In this document: positions 34,925-44,112 of the stretch, one piece after another
How positions within the stretch are numbered: the first letter of the stretch is position 1
How the letters are laid out: each line of letters opens with the position of its first letter
Source of the DNA: Christensenellales bacterium
GTDB lineage: Bacteria; Bacillota; Clostridia; Christensenellales; UBA3700
Direction of reading: 5' to 3'
NCBI GenBank assembly: GCA_051883455.1
Contig: JBJETT010000009.1
Coordinates: 102,947-166,946 of the forward strand
DNA length: 64,000 nucleotides
Translations under genes and position numbers: made by a program
Notes under the pieces: generated by a model
The model's input: only the letters and a program-made list of their open reading frames with translations
Database searches by the model: none
Told to the model about the DNA's origin: nothing

Positions 34925-36553
34925 CTAGCCTATAACGTAAACCTTGCTCTCGCAAGCGTCGAGCTTGATTTTTTGTAGCTCGTCTAACGTTACGCTCTCG
35001 CCCGTCCATACGTCGGTGGCAAGGGTTTTGCCGTCCCACGTAGTAGCGATATATTCGTCGCCGGCTATCTTGTTCCAATCTACGTTTTTGCTAGCTTTAA
35101 AGCCTTGCTTGTTGAAAAAGCATACCGCAACCCTGCCACCTGCGAGCGGTTTGGCAAGCACGTCCACTCCGCCCTTGACGATTCTCTTGGCTTGTCTGCC
35201 CAACTCGTCTTGGTTGATAGCGATAAGCGCCTTGTTGGTGACGATTGACAGCACGTCGTCCGTTATCTTCCTTACGTCGTTGCCGAGCATGAGTGGCGAA
35301 TTCATCATACACCACAGCGCAAAGTGCGATTTGTTTTGCTCACGCGTAAGTTTGCCGTTGCCTACCTCCAACATGTCGGGGTCGTTGTAGTGCCCTACCG
35401 AGGCGTATCGGTGCAGCTTGACGTTGTGCTCGTAGATACGCATTATCCACCACCACATAGGCATTATGTCTGGGGTCGTACGCCACATATTGCCCGTCTT
35501 GGAAGCCCAATTATGCGGGTCGTTCCTACCCCATTCGCACACCGAAAAGGTGATTGGCTTGACGGGCTCTCCGCTCTCCTCAGCCACTTGCTTAGCCGCA
35601 TCTTGAAGCGCCTTGCCCATCTTGTAGTATTGGAGCATTGCACTGTCGGCGCGAGTGCCGATAGGATTGGTAAGTTCTATGACGTTGACGCCCTCTTGCA
35701 AGGTTACTTGCATACTAAATCTTGCCACCGTATTCCAAACCTTTTGAGGCGGAATATCGAAATAATAAGACTTGCCGTTGATGCGTGCTCTTAGAAATTT
35801 GTCGTAGTCACTGCCCTTTTTGACGATATGCAGAGTGAGAATATACTCTCCGCCCTCCTTGACGTACACGTTGTCGAAGATTGCTTCGCCCTTGGCTTTG
35901 TCCATGCCGGATATATAACGCTTGCAAGCAACCTTGCCCGTTGGCATTAGCTTTGCCGTACCTCTGACGACGGCTCTGTCGCAAGTGATGCTCTGCAACA
36001 CCTTGCCCGTGCCTATCTCGCTGATATCTATAGCGTAGACGAGAGGGGCGTAACTGCTGATCGGTACGTTGTGACAAAAGTCGTACTTGAAGAACTCTAT
36101 GCCCCACCTTGCCAAAGTCAAGGCGTCCTTTTGCTCGTGATAGAGGCTTGCGGGCAAATCTTCGCAAGTGTAGACGCCGTTGCTGGAATACGCGCCTACT
36201 TTTAGCCCCATAGCGTTGGCTTGTTTGACTAGTTCTGCTATGCCCATAGAGAAGGTAACTCTGTCGCCCTGCAATTCGCCCTCAGCCGTCCTTTGGCTGT
36301 CGTGCCAACAGTCGTCGAGGTTGAGATAGCGATAGCCCGCATCAATCAATCCCTTGTCGCGCATTGCCTTGGCGGTCTCCAAAATCATGTCTTGGTCGAT
36401 ATGATTTTTGAAGGTGTTCCAACTAGACCAGCCCATTGGCGGAGCCGTTACGCCGTTGTCGTAGTCTTGTTCTACGTCAATGGAGGTAATTCTACTCTTA
36501 GGCGTAAAGAGTTGCTTTAGATAACATAGCGGACACATTCCGTTACGCTTCAT
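34925..36553 (-). CDS. Glycoside hydrolase family 27 alpha-galactosidase / alpha-N-acetylgalactosaminidase-like
   Basis: 542 aa. PPMGWSSWNTFKNHIDQDMILETAKAMRDKGLIDAGYRYLNLDDCW is the GH27 signature including the nucleophile region. AGGAGG RBS present. It overlaps the upstream ADH gene by 11 nt. Confidence 0.85.
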   Translation of the reverse strand: MKRNGMCPLCYLKQLFTPKSRITSIDVEQDYDNGVTAPPMGWSSWNTFKNHIDQDMILETAKAMRDKGLIDAGYRYLNLDDCWHDSQRTAEGELQGDRVTFSMGIAELVKQANAMGLKVGAYSSNGVYTCEDLPASLYHEQKDALTLARWGIEFFKYDFCHNVPISSYAPLVYAIDISEIGTGKVLQSITCDRAVVRGTAKLMPTGKVACKRYISGMDKAKGEAIFDNVYVKEGGEYILTLHIVKKGSDYDKFLRARINGKSYYFDIPPQKVWNTVARFSMQVTLQEGVNVIELTNPIGTRADSAMLQYYKMGKALQDAAKQVAEESGEPVKPITFSVCEWGRNDPHNWASKTGNMWRTTPDIMPMWWWIMRIYEHNVKLHRYASVGHYNDPDMLEVGNGKLTREQNKSHFALWCMMNSPLMLGNDVRKITDDVLSIVTNKALIAINQDELGRQAKRIVKGGVDVLAKPLAGGRVAVCFFNKQGFKASKNVDWNKIAGDEYIATTWDGKTLATDVWTGESVTLDELQKIKLDACESKVYVIG

Positions 36554-37772
36554 TGTTCTCCTCCTTGGCCATAATCTTATGATATATTTCCGTCAATTCC
36601 TCTTTGCCCATAAACTTAGGTACAGGGTAGAGCGGATTGGCTTCTTTGTATGCTCTCTCTACCATAGTAGGGATATCCTCTTCTTTGATACCCTTGATAG
36701 TGGTAGGAATATCCATAGCCTTCTCCATGTCCTTGATGGCTTGGATAAAGGCTTTGGCGTTTTCTTCTTTACTCTTGCTCATATCGGCAATGCCCACGTA
36801 CAAAGACAGCTCGTAGAGTTGTTTGGTGATGCTGTCGCCGTAGTACTCGAGCACGTATGGCAATACTACCGAGTTGGCGAGTCCGTGAGGCACGTTGTAG
36901 AAGCCTCCCAAAGTGTGCGCTATTGCGTGCACGTATCCCACGTAGGCTCTGGTGAATGCTACGCCCGCATAGTAAGAGCCCTTTTGCATGTTGGCTCTTG
37001 CCTCGAGGTCGGCGCCGTTTTCGTAAGCCTTAGGAAGATTGGCAAATATGAGTTTGACTGCTTTGACCGCAGCTTCTCTCGTGCTCTTGACGTTGCCCTT
37101 GCCGATATATGCTTCTACGGCGTGAGTCAACGCGTCTATACCCGTGGTAGAGGTGATGTGCTTAGGAAGTCCTACAGTGAGTTTTGGGTCAAGCACTGCG
37201 TAAGGCGGTATGAGCGAGTGGTCGTTGATAGCGTACTTCTCGTGAGTCTTGCTGTTGGAAATAACCGCTGCCAAAGTCGTTTCGCTACCCGTACCCGCCG
37301 TGGTAGGAATTGCAAAAATGGTAGGCAACTTCTTGCGTACCTTTAGCACGCCTTTCATTTGAGGGATTTGCTTGTTAGGTCTAGCTATTCTCGCGCCGAT
37401 ACCCTTGGCGCAGTCCATTGGCGAACCTCCGCCGAATGCAATGATTGCCTCGCAGCCGTCGCGCTTGTATATCTCTACGCCCGCTTCGATATTTTCGATA
37501 GGCGGATTAGGTACTACGTCGCTATACACGCTATATTTGATACCTTGCTCGTCAAGCTGAGCCACCATACCGTCGATAAGACCGAGCTTCTTGAGCATGC
37601 TATCTGTTACGACGAGCACGTTGGTTATGCCCTTGCTCTTGATAAATGCTGGCAAGCCCTCTACACCGTCTTCGAACTCAAGCAACTCGGGCTCTCTCCA
37701 AGGCAAAACTTGGGAAGCCACATACATAACTCCTTGATAGAGTCTGCATCCGAATTTTTGTAAACAATTCAT
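36543..37772 (-). CDS. Iron-containing (group III) alcohol dehydrogenase
   Basis: 409 aa. Shows the GGGSPMDCAKGI motif and His-rich metal site (YVHAIAHTLGGFYNVPHG). GAGGT RBS present. Confidence 0.85.
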   Translation of the reverse strand: MNCLQKFGCRLYQGVMYVASQVLPWREPELLEFEDGVEGLPAFIKSKGITNVLVVTDSMLKKLGLIDGMVAQLDEQGIKYSVYSDVVPNPPIENIEAGVEIYKRDGCEAIIAFGGGSPMDCAKGIGARIARPNKQIPQMKGVLKVRKKLPTIFAIPTTAGTGSETTLAAVISNSKTHEKYAINDHSLIPPYAVLDPKLTVGLPKHITSTTGIDALTHAVEAYIGKGNVKSTREAAVKAVKLIFANLPKAYENGADLEARANMQKGSYYAGVAFTRAYVGYVHAIAHTLGGFYNVPHGLANSVVLPYVLEYYGDSITKQLYELSLYVGIADMSKSKEENAKAFIQAIKDMEKAMDIPTTIKGIKEEDIPTMVERAYKEANPLYPVPKFMGKEELTEIYHKIMAKEENNEA

Positions 37773-37802
37773 ACCTATACCTCACATATACATATTAAAA
37801 AT

Positions 37803-37832
37803 ATTATAATACTATTTGGCTTAGGTTGTCAA
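37803..37832 (-). promoter_or_regulatory. Sigma-A-type promoter of the ADH/GH27 operon
   Basis: Minus strand has TTGACA (37832-37827), an 18-nt spacer and TATAAT (37808-37803). Confidence 0.6.
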
Positions 37833-38063
37833 TACGGCGGGATATCTAAGTCCTTTAAATTTTACACCGATATTATTCGACACGTTTCGTCAATCGTAGC
37901 GAGAATGTCCGCGACGCCTTGCGGTCATTATAATTGGTATTGATAAATTATCGCGTATATGCTACTATAATATTAAGTTAGTCGCCCAAAGAGCAAAAAC
38001 GGCTACCTCTTGTAGCGACACCCTCGTTTACTATTTAAGGATAAGGAAAACACACGCTTTATA

Positions 38064-38579
38064 ATGACAAGTAGAGAATTTAATAGACATCTCAATAGAA
38101 TAACGACGGACGAAAAATCTCTAGAATATATCTACGATTATTATTATGGTAGAATTGTTTTGCATATCAAGAGCAGCTTTAGTCAAGGGGAGAATTTTGC
38201 TAGCGACGTTGCACAAGAATTTTTCTTATATCTCATCAACGGTAAACCGAAACCTCACGTAGAATACCCGACAGCTTGGGTGTACAAATGTTGCGACAAC
38301 ATTGCTCTAAAAATCCTAAAATCCCAAGACGTCTTCGTAGAATTGAACGAAAATATCGTTGCGGATACTTGCCCTACTCCAATTGATACGAGCATATACG
38401 GCGAGTTCGAAGCAATAATTGGAGATTTGGACGACACTACCCAAAAGATTGTCAAGCTACTATATATAGACGACTACTCTTATAAAGAGATAGCCAAAAT
38501 ATTGGGAATTAGATACGGCACGGTGAGACAAAAACATAGCAGGGCGATAAAAAAATTGAAAAATCACCTCAAAGCGTAA
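38064..38579 (+). CDS. Sigma-70 family RNA polymerase sigma factor (ECF-like)
   Basis: 171 aa. Region-2-like ASDVAQEFFLYLING...WVYKCCDNIALKILK and a region-4 HTH DDYSYKEIAKILGIRYGTVRQKHSRAIKKLK. No convincing RBS. Confidence 0.75.
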   Translation: MTSREFNRHLNRITTDEKSLEYIYDYYYGRIVLHIKSSFSQGENFASDVAQEFFLYLINGKPKPHVEYPTAWVYKCCDNIALKILKSQDVFVELNENIVADTCPTPIDTSIYGEFEAIIGDLDDTTQKIVKLLYIDDYSYKEIAKILGIRYGTVRQKHSRAIKKLKNHLKA

Positions 38580-38608
38580 CAAAAAGGTCAAAAAACCATC
38601 TCTCTAAT

Positions 38609-39349
38609 ATGGACGAAAAAATGAAAAAATATAAAAAATTGCAAAAACAAGTCGACGCTTCTTTGAGCGAAATGAAAGACGAGCAACTCTTGCTCTCTCT
38701 CAAAGCCCAAACTAGTCAAAGCCAACGCCAAGCGCCTAAGCCAAAACGGAATTGGACGTGGGCTTTTGCTTCCGTTGTTGCGGTTTTGCTAGTTTGCGTA
38801 GTGTCGCTGACGGTGCTGTTGCCTATGCTCAATCAAGATATGGGACAAGACGGAGGTATGGGCGGTGATAGCGGAGATAATGCAGACTATGGCAGCGACA
38901 TTGGATATTGTGAAGATTTTGAAAAGGTTGTAATATCATCTGTTGAGGAACTAAACGGTGCACTTCAAAAAGTTAGATTTAGCATATCACTTGAAAACAG
39001 TGAAGTGCAACGTGTATACGATGACGTCTCCAAAGACACATTGATGTTTATATTCAGATATGAGAATTTAGAAGCTTTTGATTCTATTGTTATGCACGTG
39101 ATTACCAATACCAACTACGTTGATAGGACATATGCTGATAAAGTTTTTGATAAAAGCTGTCAATACAAGGACCATTTGCTTGAGTATAAAGAATCGGTAG
39201 AAAGTGTCGATGGCTTTTACGAATATAACATAGATGGCAAGCTTACAATAAACGAAGCAATAATTTACTTCACTTATCAAAACTTTGCTTTGATAGAAGA
39301 TAGCGGAATGATAGAAACGTTAGATAATATTATCCAAATATACGATTAA
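38609..39349 (+). CDS. Single-pass membrane protein, candidate anti-sigma factor
   Basis: 246 aa. Has a cytoplasmic N-terminus of about 55 aa, one TM helix (WTWAFASVVAVLLVCVVSLTVLLPML) and an external domain of about 160 aa. The call rests on position immediately after the sigma gene; no zf-HC2 motif was seen. Confidence 0.45.
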   Translation: MDEKMKKYKKLQKQVDASLSEMKDEQLLLSLKAQTSQSQRQAPKPKRNWTWAFASVVAVLLVCVVSLTVLLPMLNQDMGQDGGMGGDSGDNADYGSDIGYCEDFEKVVISSVEELNGALQKVRFSISLENSEVQRVYDDVSKDTLMFIFRYENLEAFDSIVMHVITNTNYVDRTYADKVFDKSCQYKDHLLEYKESVESVDGFYEYNIDGKLTINEAIIYFTYQNFALIEDSGMIETLDNIIQIYD

Positions 39350-39412
39350 AGTAATGATAAAATAGAGAAGAAAGTTTATCGTAAATTTATTTTACACGAT
39401 TGGAGATGTTGT

Positions 39413-39886
39413 ATGAAGAAAAAAATAGTAATTATTTGTCTTTCAATTGTAATACTATTAGTCGCAACTATATTGATTCTATATTATGGTTTCGGCATTC
39501 CGGATTGTGGAAGAAACGAAAAAAGCGACAGGGCATACGTGAAAGACCTGACAGGGATAGAGATCCCGCAAAACTCGAAAATGTTGTATAAGTACAAAAA
39601 CGACAGTCTGTTTCCTGTTCAAGGAAGACGCCCCGGATATTCTGTTTATAAATTCGAAACTGAACCTTCAGATTGGATGGAAGCAAATTTATTTTCAAAA
39701 GTTCCAAATGAAGAATTTGAAAGCGAATTCACAGCAGAAGTTCCAGAATGGATAACGGAATCTCTTTCGGAAAAATTTTCCCCCGATTTTAACTCGCCCT
39801 ATTATTGGCTTAAAACGAAAAGTTGGGTTTATTTTGTCTATCAGCCAGATATGATGATGCTTATTATATTTGTACATCCGACTTGA
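39413..39886 (+). CDS. Membrane-anchored hypothetical protein
   Basis: 157 aa with an N-terminal signal-anchor (MKKKIVIICLSIVILLVATILILYY). GGAG RBS present. No motif recognised. Confidence 0.55.
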   Translation: MKKKIVIICLSIVILLVATILILYYGFGIPDCGRNEKSDRAYVKDLTGIEIPQNSKMLYKYKNDSLFPVQGRRPGYSVYKFETEPSDWMEANLFSKVPNEEFESEFTAEVPEWITESLSEKFSPDFNSPYYWLKTKSWVYFVYQPDMMMLIIFVHPT

Positions 39887-39914
39887 AAAGCAAATGATTT
39901 TTGGAGGTAAAACA

Positions 39915-40970
39915 ATGAAAAATATTAAAGAACAACATAGTATAATTATTTTGATAGTTGTTTGTATATTTGCGTGTTGTTTTGTTGGTTGCGTAGACGA
40001 TATTGCTAATAGAGATAGCCTAAGTTTTATAAATACTATCACACAATATGCCGCGTCCAAAGGTCAAGACAATTATAGCGAGCAAAATTGGATAGCAATC
40101 AACAAACTCGTAGACATCGCTATATCGCAAATAAAAGCTTGTAAAACCTTAGACGAAATGGAAGAATTGACCAATTCTACCATCAATGAAATAGATAAGA
40201 TATATCCGAAAAATAGCGACGCAATAGAAGACGGCGCGTATAAGTTGACGGATAACAGTTGGCTGAATATGGCCCGCTCCATTGCCAAAGACTTTGGCAA
40301 AGATACACAATGGGTACAGTCGGCAATAGTTGACGGAGAATATACATATCAATATAACGGCTTTGACTTTACCAACAAAAAAGACTACTATTGGTTGACA
40401 ATTGTGGAAGAGCAAGCGACACTTCTGGATCACGGACACGACGCCGTATACCTGCTAAGCGAAGACGGAATATACGAGGGCGAGGGAGTTGGGTTTGGCT
40501 CTACGGCCAAATTATGGTTGCTCAAAGGCGTATTGTACTTCAAAACGAACGCTAAGTTTTTGCAATTTTCATTAGACGACACTTATACTATTGACGACAA
40601 TCCCAAGCATATCGACGCGCCGAGTGGCGTGCGAGTAGAAGCAAACTCGCTGACTTGGGACTATTCTGCAACAACGAAATATGCCCCGTTTTGGTGTGCT
40701 TACGCCCAAATTGACGTCAAATACCCAGGGGATACCCAATACGTTGCCGTTAAGATAAGATATCCAATGGGACCTCCTTGTCCCGACGGATATATAGCTT
40801 ATTACAAAGGCTTGCAACTGCAGGTCGGCGTCAACGAATTACGTATAAGTTACGTCGGTTGTTCTACTATCACCAACGACAACAAGATAATCACGGGCAA
40901 AGACTCGGACTACTATTATCTCACTCTGATAGTGGACGAGTCGGGCAACGTCACAGCAAAGAGCGAATAA
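39915..40970 (+). CDS. Lipoprotein, function unknown
   Basis: I take the ATG at 39915, preceded by GGAGG (351 aa). Lipobox: MKNIKEQHSIIILIVVCIFACCFVGC|VDD. Confidence 0.65.
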   Translation: MKNIKEQHSIIILIVVCIFACCFVGCVDDIANRDSLSFINTITQYAASKGQDNYSEQNWIAINKLVDIAISQIKACKTLDEMEELTNSTINEIDKIYPKNSDAIEDGAYKLTDNSWLNMARSIAKDFGKDTQWVQSAIVDGEYTYQYNGFDFTNKKDYYWLTIVEEQATLLDHGHDAVYLLSEDGIYEGEGVGFGSTAKLWLLKGVLYFKTNAKFLQFSLDDTYTIDDNPKHIDAPSGVRVEANSLTWDYSATTKYAPFWCAYAQIDVKYPGDTQYVAVKIRYPMGPPCPDGYIAYYKGLQLQVGVNELRISYVGCSTITNDNKIITGKDSDYYYLTLIVDESGNVTAKSE

Positions 40971-41063
40971 TAGCGAATAATACCATAATATTGCATAAAA
41001 ACTAAGCGTTTAGCCTATTACTATCAACTTCAAAAATAATAAAACTAATATAATTAAGATAAT

Positions 41064-41092
41064 GAGATAGCTAAATGCTATCTCTCTTTGTA
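41064..41092 (+). terminator. Probable terminator of the sigma-factor module
   Basis: GAGATAGC-taaat-GCTATCTC is an 8-bp stem followed by TCTTTGTATTATT. Confidence 0.55.
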
Positions 41093-41956
41093 TTATTCAA
41101 ATTCGGCTTTACTTGAGAGTTCCACCCTCTCACCGCTGATTGGCGAGTCGAAGCAAAGATAACTGCTATGCAGCGCTTGACGGTCTAAGACTTTGCCGTT
41201 GGGACAGACAAAAGACTTGCCGTCGCCGTATAGGCGGTCACACACGAGGGGATGTCCCACGTGGGCACAGTGCGTTCTAATCTGGTGCGTTCTGCCCGTA
41301 AAAAGTTGGAACTCAACCAACGTACAGTCTTCGTAGTTTTGCTTTGCTCGATATGCCGTCTTAGCTTGTTGTCCGCTTGGGCTGACTATTCTTTTCATTC
41401 CTTCGTCGCTCCGCGCGATAGGAAATTCCCACACGCCCTCACCTTGCAAAATGCCTTGACACAAGCCCACATACTTTTTGACTATCGTACTGCTAGCAAG
41501 TATGCTGTGAGCCAAAGAATTTTTGGCAATTATCATCAGTCCGCTGGTATCTCTGTCAAGTCTATTGACGGGACGATACACAAAGTTGCCCCAAATACTT
41601 GCAAGCGCATTGGCAAGGCTCTTGCCGTAGTGTCCGTGGGTGGCAATGACGGCAAGTCCGTAAGGCTTGTCCACAACGGCTACGTCCTCGTCCTCGTAGA
41701 CGATATTTAGCGGGAAATCATATCGTGGTATCTCGATTGGCTCGTCGTGCAAAATTATGTAAAAATCGCAACCCGTATCGAGAAAATCCACCAACCTAAG
41801 CGGTTGCTTCTCCCCGTGGGCGATACGATAGACTAGCCCCAAACTCTTACGAAGCTGTGTGCAAATAGAAGATGATACGCCAAGGCGACGGAGATTGACT
41901 TCGACGCTATCATCACATACCGCAACGTATCGGACTATCCTATCTACGCATCCCAT
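41093..41956 (-). CDS. RluA-family pseudouridine synthase
   Basis: I take the ATG at 41956, preceded by GGAGAA (287 aa). Has the catalytic motif VNRLDRDTSGLMIIAK and the later GRTHQIRTH. It overlaps the upstream MGMT gene by 13 nt. Confidence 0.8.
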   Translation of the reverse strand: MGCVDRIVRYVAVCDDSVEVNLRRLGVSSSICTQLRKSLGLVYRIAHGEKQPLRLVDFLDTGCDFYIILHDEPIEIPRYDFPLNIVYEDEDVAVVDKPYGLAVIATHGHYGKSLANALASIWGNFVYRPVNRLDRDTSGLMIIAKNSLAHSILASSTIVKKYVGLCQGILQGEGVWEFPIARSDEGMKRIVSPSGQQAKTAYRAKQNYEDCTLVEFQLFTGRTHQIRTHCAHVGHPLVCDRLYGDGKSFVCPNGKVLDRQALHSSYLCFDSPISGERVELSSKAEFE

Positions 41957-42249
41957 TGGTACTTCTCCATGTCTACTATATAATCGTCGCCGACCTCCAC
42001 TCCGTCGGCACGCAAGAGCTGCGCTTGCGCCTCTATTCCGCCAAAGGCAAACTGACGAGTGAGAGAGCCGTACCTGTTGACGACTCTGTGGCAAGGAATT
42101 ACGACAGGCTGAGGGTTGCTATGCAAGGCATATCCCACGGCTCTAGACGCCTTGGGAGAATTGAGTATGCGTGCAATTTGTCCGTAAGTAGCGACCTTAC
42201 CCTTGGGTATGCACCTAACCACCTTGTAAACTTCGTCGTAAAAACTCAT
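41944..42249 (-). CDS. Methylated-DNA--protein-cysteine methyltransferase family protein (DNA-binding domain type)
   Basis: I take the ATG at 42249 (101 aa). IPKGKVATYGQIARIL...PCHRVV contains the PCHR active-site motif. Confidence 0.8.
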   Translation of the reverse strand: MSFYDEVYKVVRCIPKGKVATYGQIARILNSPKASRAVGYALHSNPQPVVIPCHRVVNRYGSLTRQFAFGGIEAQAQLLRADGVEVGDDYIVDMEKYQWDA

Positions 42250-42253
42250 ATCT

Positions 42254-43120
42254 TCAATCCTTTGGAAGAATCTCGGCAAGAGAGCTAACTAAACCGCTTC
42301 GGTTAAATCTACCAAGGAGCCTAGGCTCTCTGCCCGACTTAATAGTACAACTTCTTTCTCCGCAAGTCAAACTAATAGGCACGTTGAGTTGTTTGAGTAC
42401 CTCTTCGCTCTCCTTGCAAAAGAGCCCGTAAGGATAGGCATACACGATAGGAGAAATGCCAAGCTTGTTGAACTCTCCGATGAGCTTTTGGGTGTCTTGT
42501 CTAAAGGTTTCTTTGTATCTTTCGCTATCTTCTCCGCACAGTATCTTGACGCCCTTGCGCCCCTTGAGCCTATGCATGTCGTAAGAGTGCAAGCCCCACT
42601 CGATATTGGGATTGTTAGCGTATTCTCCTATGTCCGACCACTCTAGGTATTCTTGTCCTCTAGCTATCTTGGGGTTGGATTTGCCGTATGCCGTAAACTC
42701 ACCCACCACCGACAATAGCGCCGAATATCCGTACTTTTGCAGTATAGGTAGTCCCAAGGTCACGTTGGATAGGTGTCCGTCGTCAAAGGTGATTAGCACT
42801 GCTTTGTCGGGCAGTTGAATGCGCTCCTCGACTAGTCGCAAAAGATAATCGAAACGTATGACGGTGTAGCCGTTGTCTTGGAGATACTTAAAATCTCTAT
42901 CGAGTTGCGTCGTGGTTATGCAATACTTGCTCCTTTGGCTACCCGCAGGCAAAAGGTTGTGATACATAAGGATAGTGACGTTGCCAAGATAGGTGTTGGC
43001 ATTGGTAGAATCGCTAGAGCATTCTACACTCTCCGCACTGCACTCTCGCCCCGCAGTATGCGCCGACAACGCGAGTAGAGTGCAAATACATACGACAACC
43101 AAAAAAATTCGCGCTTTCAT
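42254..43120 (-). CDS. Polysaccharide deacetylase (NodB homology) family protein, secreted
   Basis: 288 aa with a signal peptide. Shows the NodB motif 1 LITFDDGHLSN, with later His-containing motifs (LHSYDMH). Confidence 0.8.
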   Translation of the reverse strand: MKARIFLVVVCICTLLALSAHTAGRECSAESVECSSDSTNANTYLGNVTILMYHNLLPAGSQRSKYCITTTQLDRDFKYLQDNGYTVIRFDYLLRLVEERIQLPDKAVLITFDDGHLSNVTLGLPILQKYGYSALLSVVGEFTAYGKSNPKIARGQEYLEWSDIGEYANNPNIEWGLHSYDMHRLKGRKGVKILCGEDSERYKETFRQDTQKLIGEFNKLGISPIVYAYPYGLFCKESEEVLKQLNVPISLTCGERSCTIKSGREPRLLGRFNRSGLVSSLAEILPKD

Positions 43121-43149
43121 ATAGCGTAGTATGTGAAGATGGATTTATT

Positions 43150-43833
43150 TTATGCTCCGAGAATATCTAAGCACGCACTCGCGATAACTCCTGCCACTTC
43201 TTGCCTATAAGTAGCCGTGAGCAAGAGCTTTTCGTCCTCGGCGTTGGAAAGAAAACCGCACTCTACTATCACGCTGGGACAAGCATAGCACTTGGTAATA
43301 AACAAGTCGCCCTTGATAGCAATATAATCGCTTCTGCTAGTGTACTTGGAATTGAGGGCTTGATTGACGGTATTTTGAAGATGCTCGGCAAAATTTTTGC
43401 CCACGCCCGTATCGTCGTAAAAGACTTGAACGCCTCGCCTCTTGGAAGAAGAAAACTTGTTGATATGCACGCTGACTACCACGTCGGGTTGGGCTTCGAC
43501 TATAATCTTCTTTCGGTTTTGCATATCTTGCTTTTTGGTTGCGCCTATCGCACCTTCGCCCGTACGGGTCATAACTACTTTGACGCCACCCTTCTCCAAC
43601 TCTTTTTGCAATTCTTTAGCTATCATCAAATTGAGGTCGCTCTCTTTGACGCCGCTACTGCCAACAACTCCACCGTCCATTCCGCCGTGCCCCGCATCTA
43701 CGACAACCACTTTGGGTTGTCCGCGCATTGTAGTTGCCACTGCTATCCCGCACGAAGTTGCGACTACCGCTATCGCCGTAACTGCCACTAGCGTAACCAA
43801 CAAAACGCTTCTTCTTATAAATATAGTCGTCAT
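43150..43833 (-). CDS. cwlD: N-acetylmuramoyl-L-alanine amidase, CwlD-like (Amidase_3)
   Basis: VVVDAGHGGMDGGVVG, ESDLNLMIAKEL and VVSVHINKF are Amidase_3 zinc-site motifs. Its small size and single N-terminal anchor resemble CwlD. The start is uncertain: ATG 43833 is preferred, and the track start at 43890 is a TTG. Confidence 0.75.
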   Translation of the reverse strand: MTTIFIRRSVLLVTLVAVTAIAVVATSCGIAVATTMRGQPKVVVVDAGHGGMDGGVVGSSGVKESDLNLMIAKELQKELEKGGVKVVMTRTGEGAIGATKKQDMQNRKKIIVEAQPDVVVSVHINKFSSSKRRGVQVFYDDTGVGKNFAEHLQNTVNQALNSKYTSRSDYIAIKGDLFITKCYACPSVIVECGFLSNAEDEKLLLTATYRQEVAGVIASACLDILGA

Positions 43834-44068
43834 ACCATAGCCTATTGCAATTTTCGTCTGGATATGCCACCCCCCTAACCTCAGCCCCAAATAACGCTAA
43901 GTAGCATGCAAAAATCGGTCATACTCGTAGCTATCTCGGCATAATTATGCAATAGATAGGCGCGGTATGAATAAAATGTCGAAATTTGCGTTTTTATACA
44001 ATTCCTTCTCGACAAGCGTTATTACGTCAAATATGTTTTTTTGCGGATATTTTCACTTTTTGAGGGGG

Positions 44069-44112
44069 TTATCCACCGACTTATCCACACAAACAGATGT
44101 TTTTGTGGATAA
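44069..44112. promoter_or_regulatory. Cluster of three DnaA boxes
   Basis: TTATCCACC (44069-44077, 1 mismatch), TTATCCACA (44081-44089, perfect) and TGTGGATAA (44104-44112, perfect, opposite orientation). All three fall within 44 bp of the divergent cwlD/GH20 intergenic region. Confidence 0.6.

Noticed and set aside
24306-42094. Longer N-terminal versions of several track ORFs: glnN from 26504, FabG-like from 30265, thioesterase from 30834, RluA from 42094, MGMT from 42279. Outside this range, the same applies to the regulator from 12041, cysS from 16354 and the lipoprotein from 39870.
   Set aside because: In each case an internal ATG has a proper GGAG-type RBS and yields the family-typical N-terminus. 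The extension overlaps the upstream gene or has non-protein-like composition.
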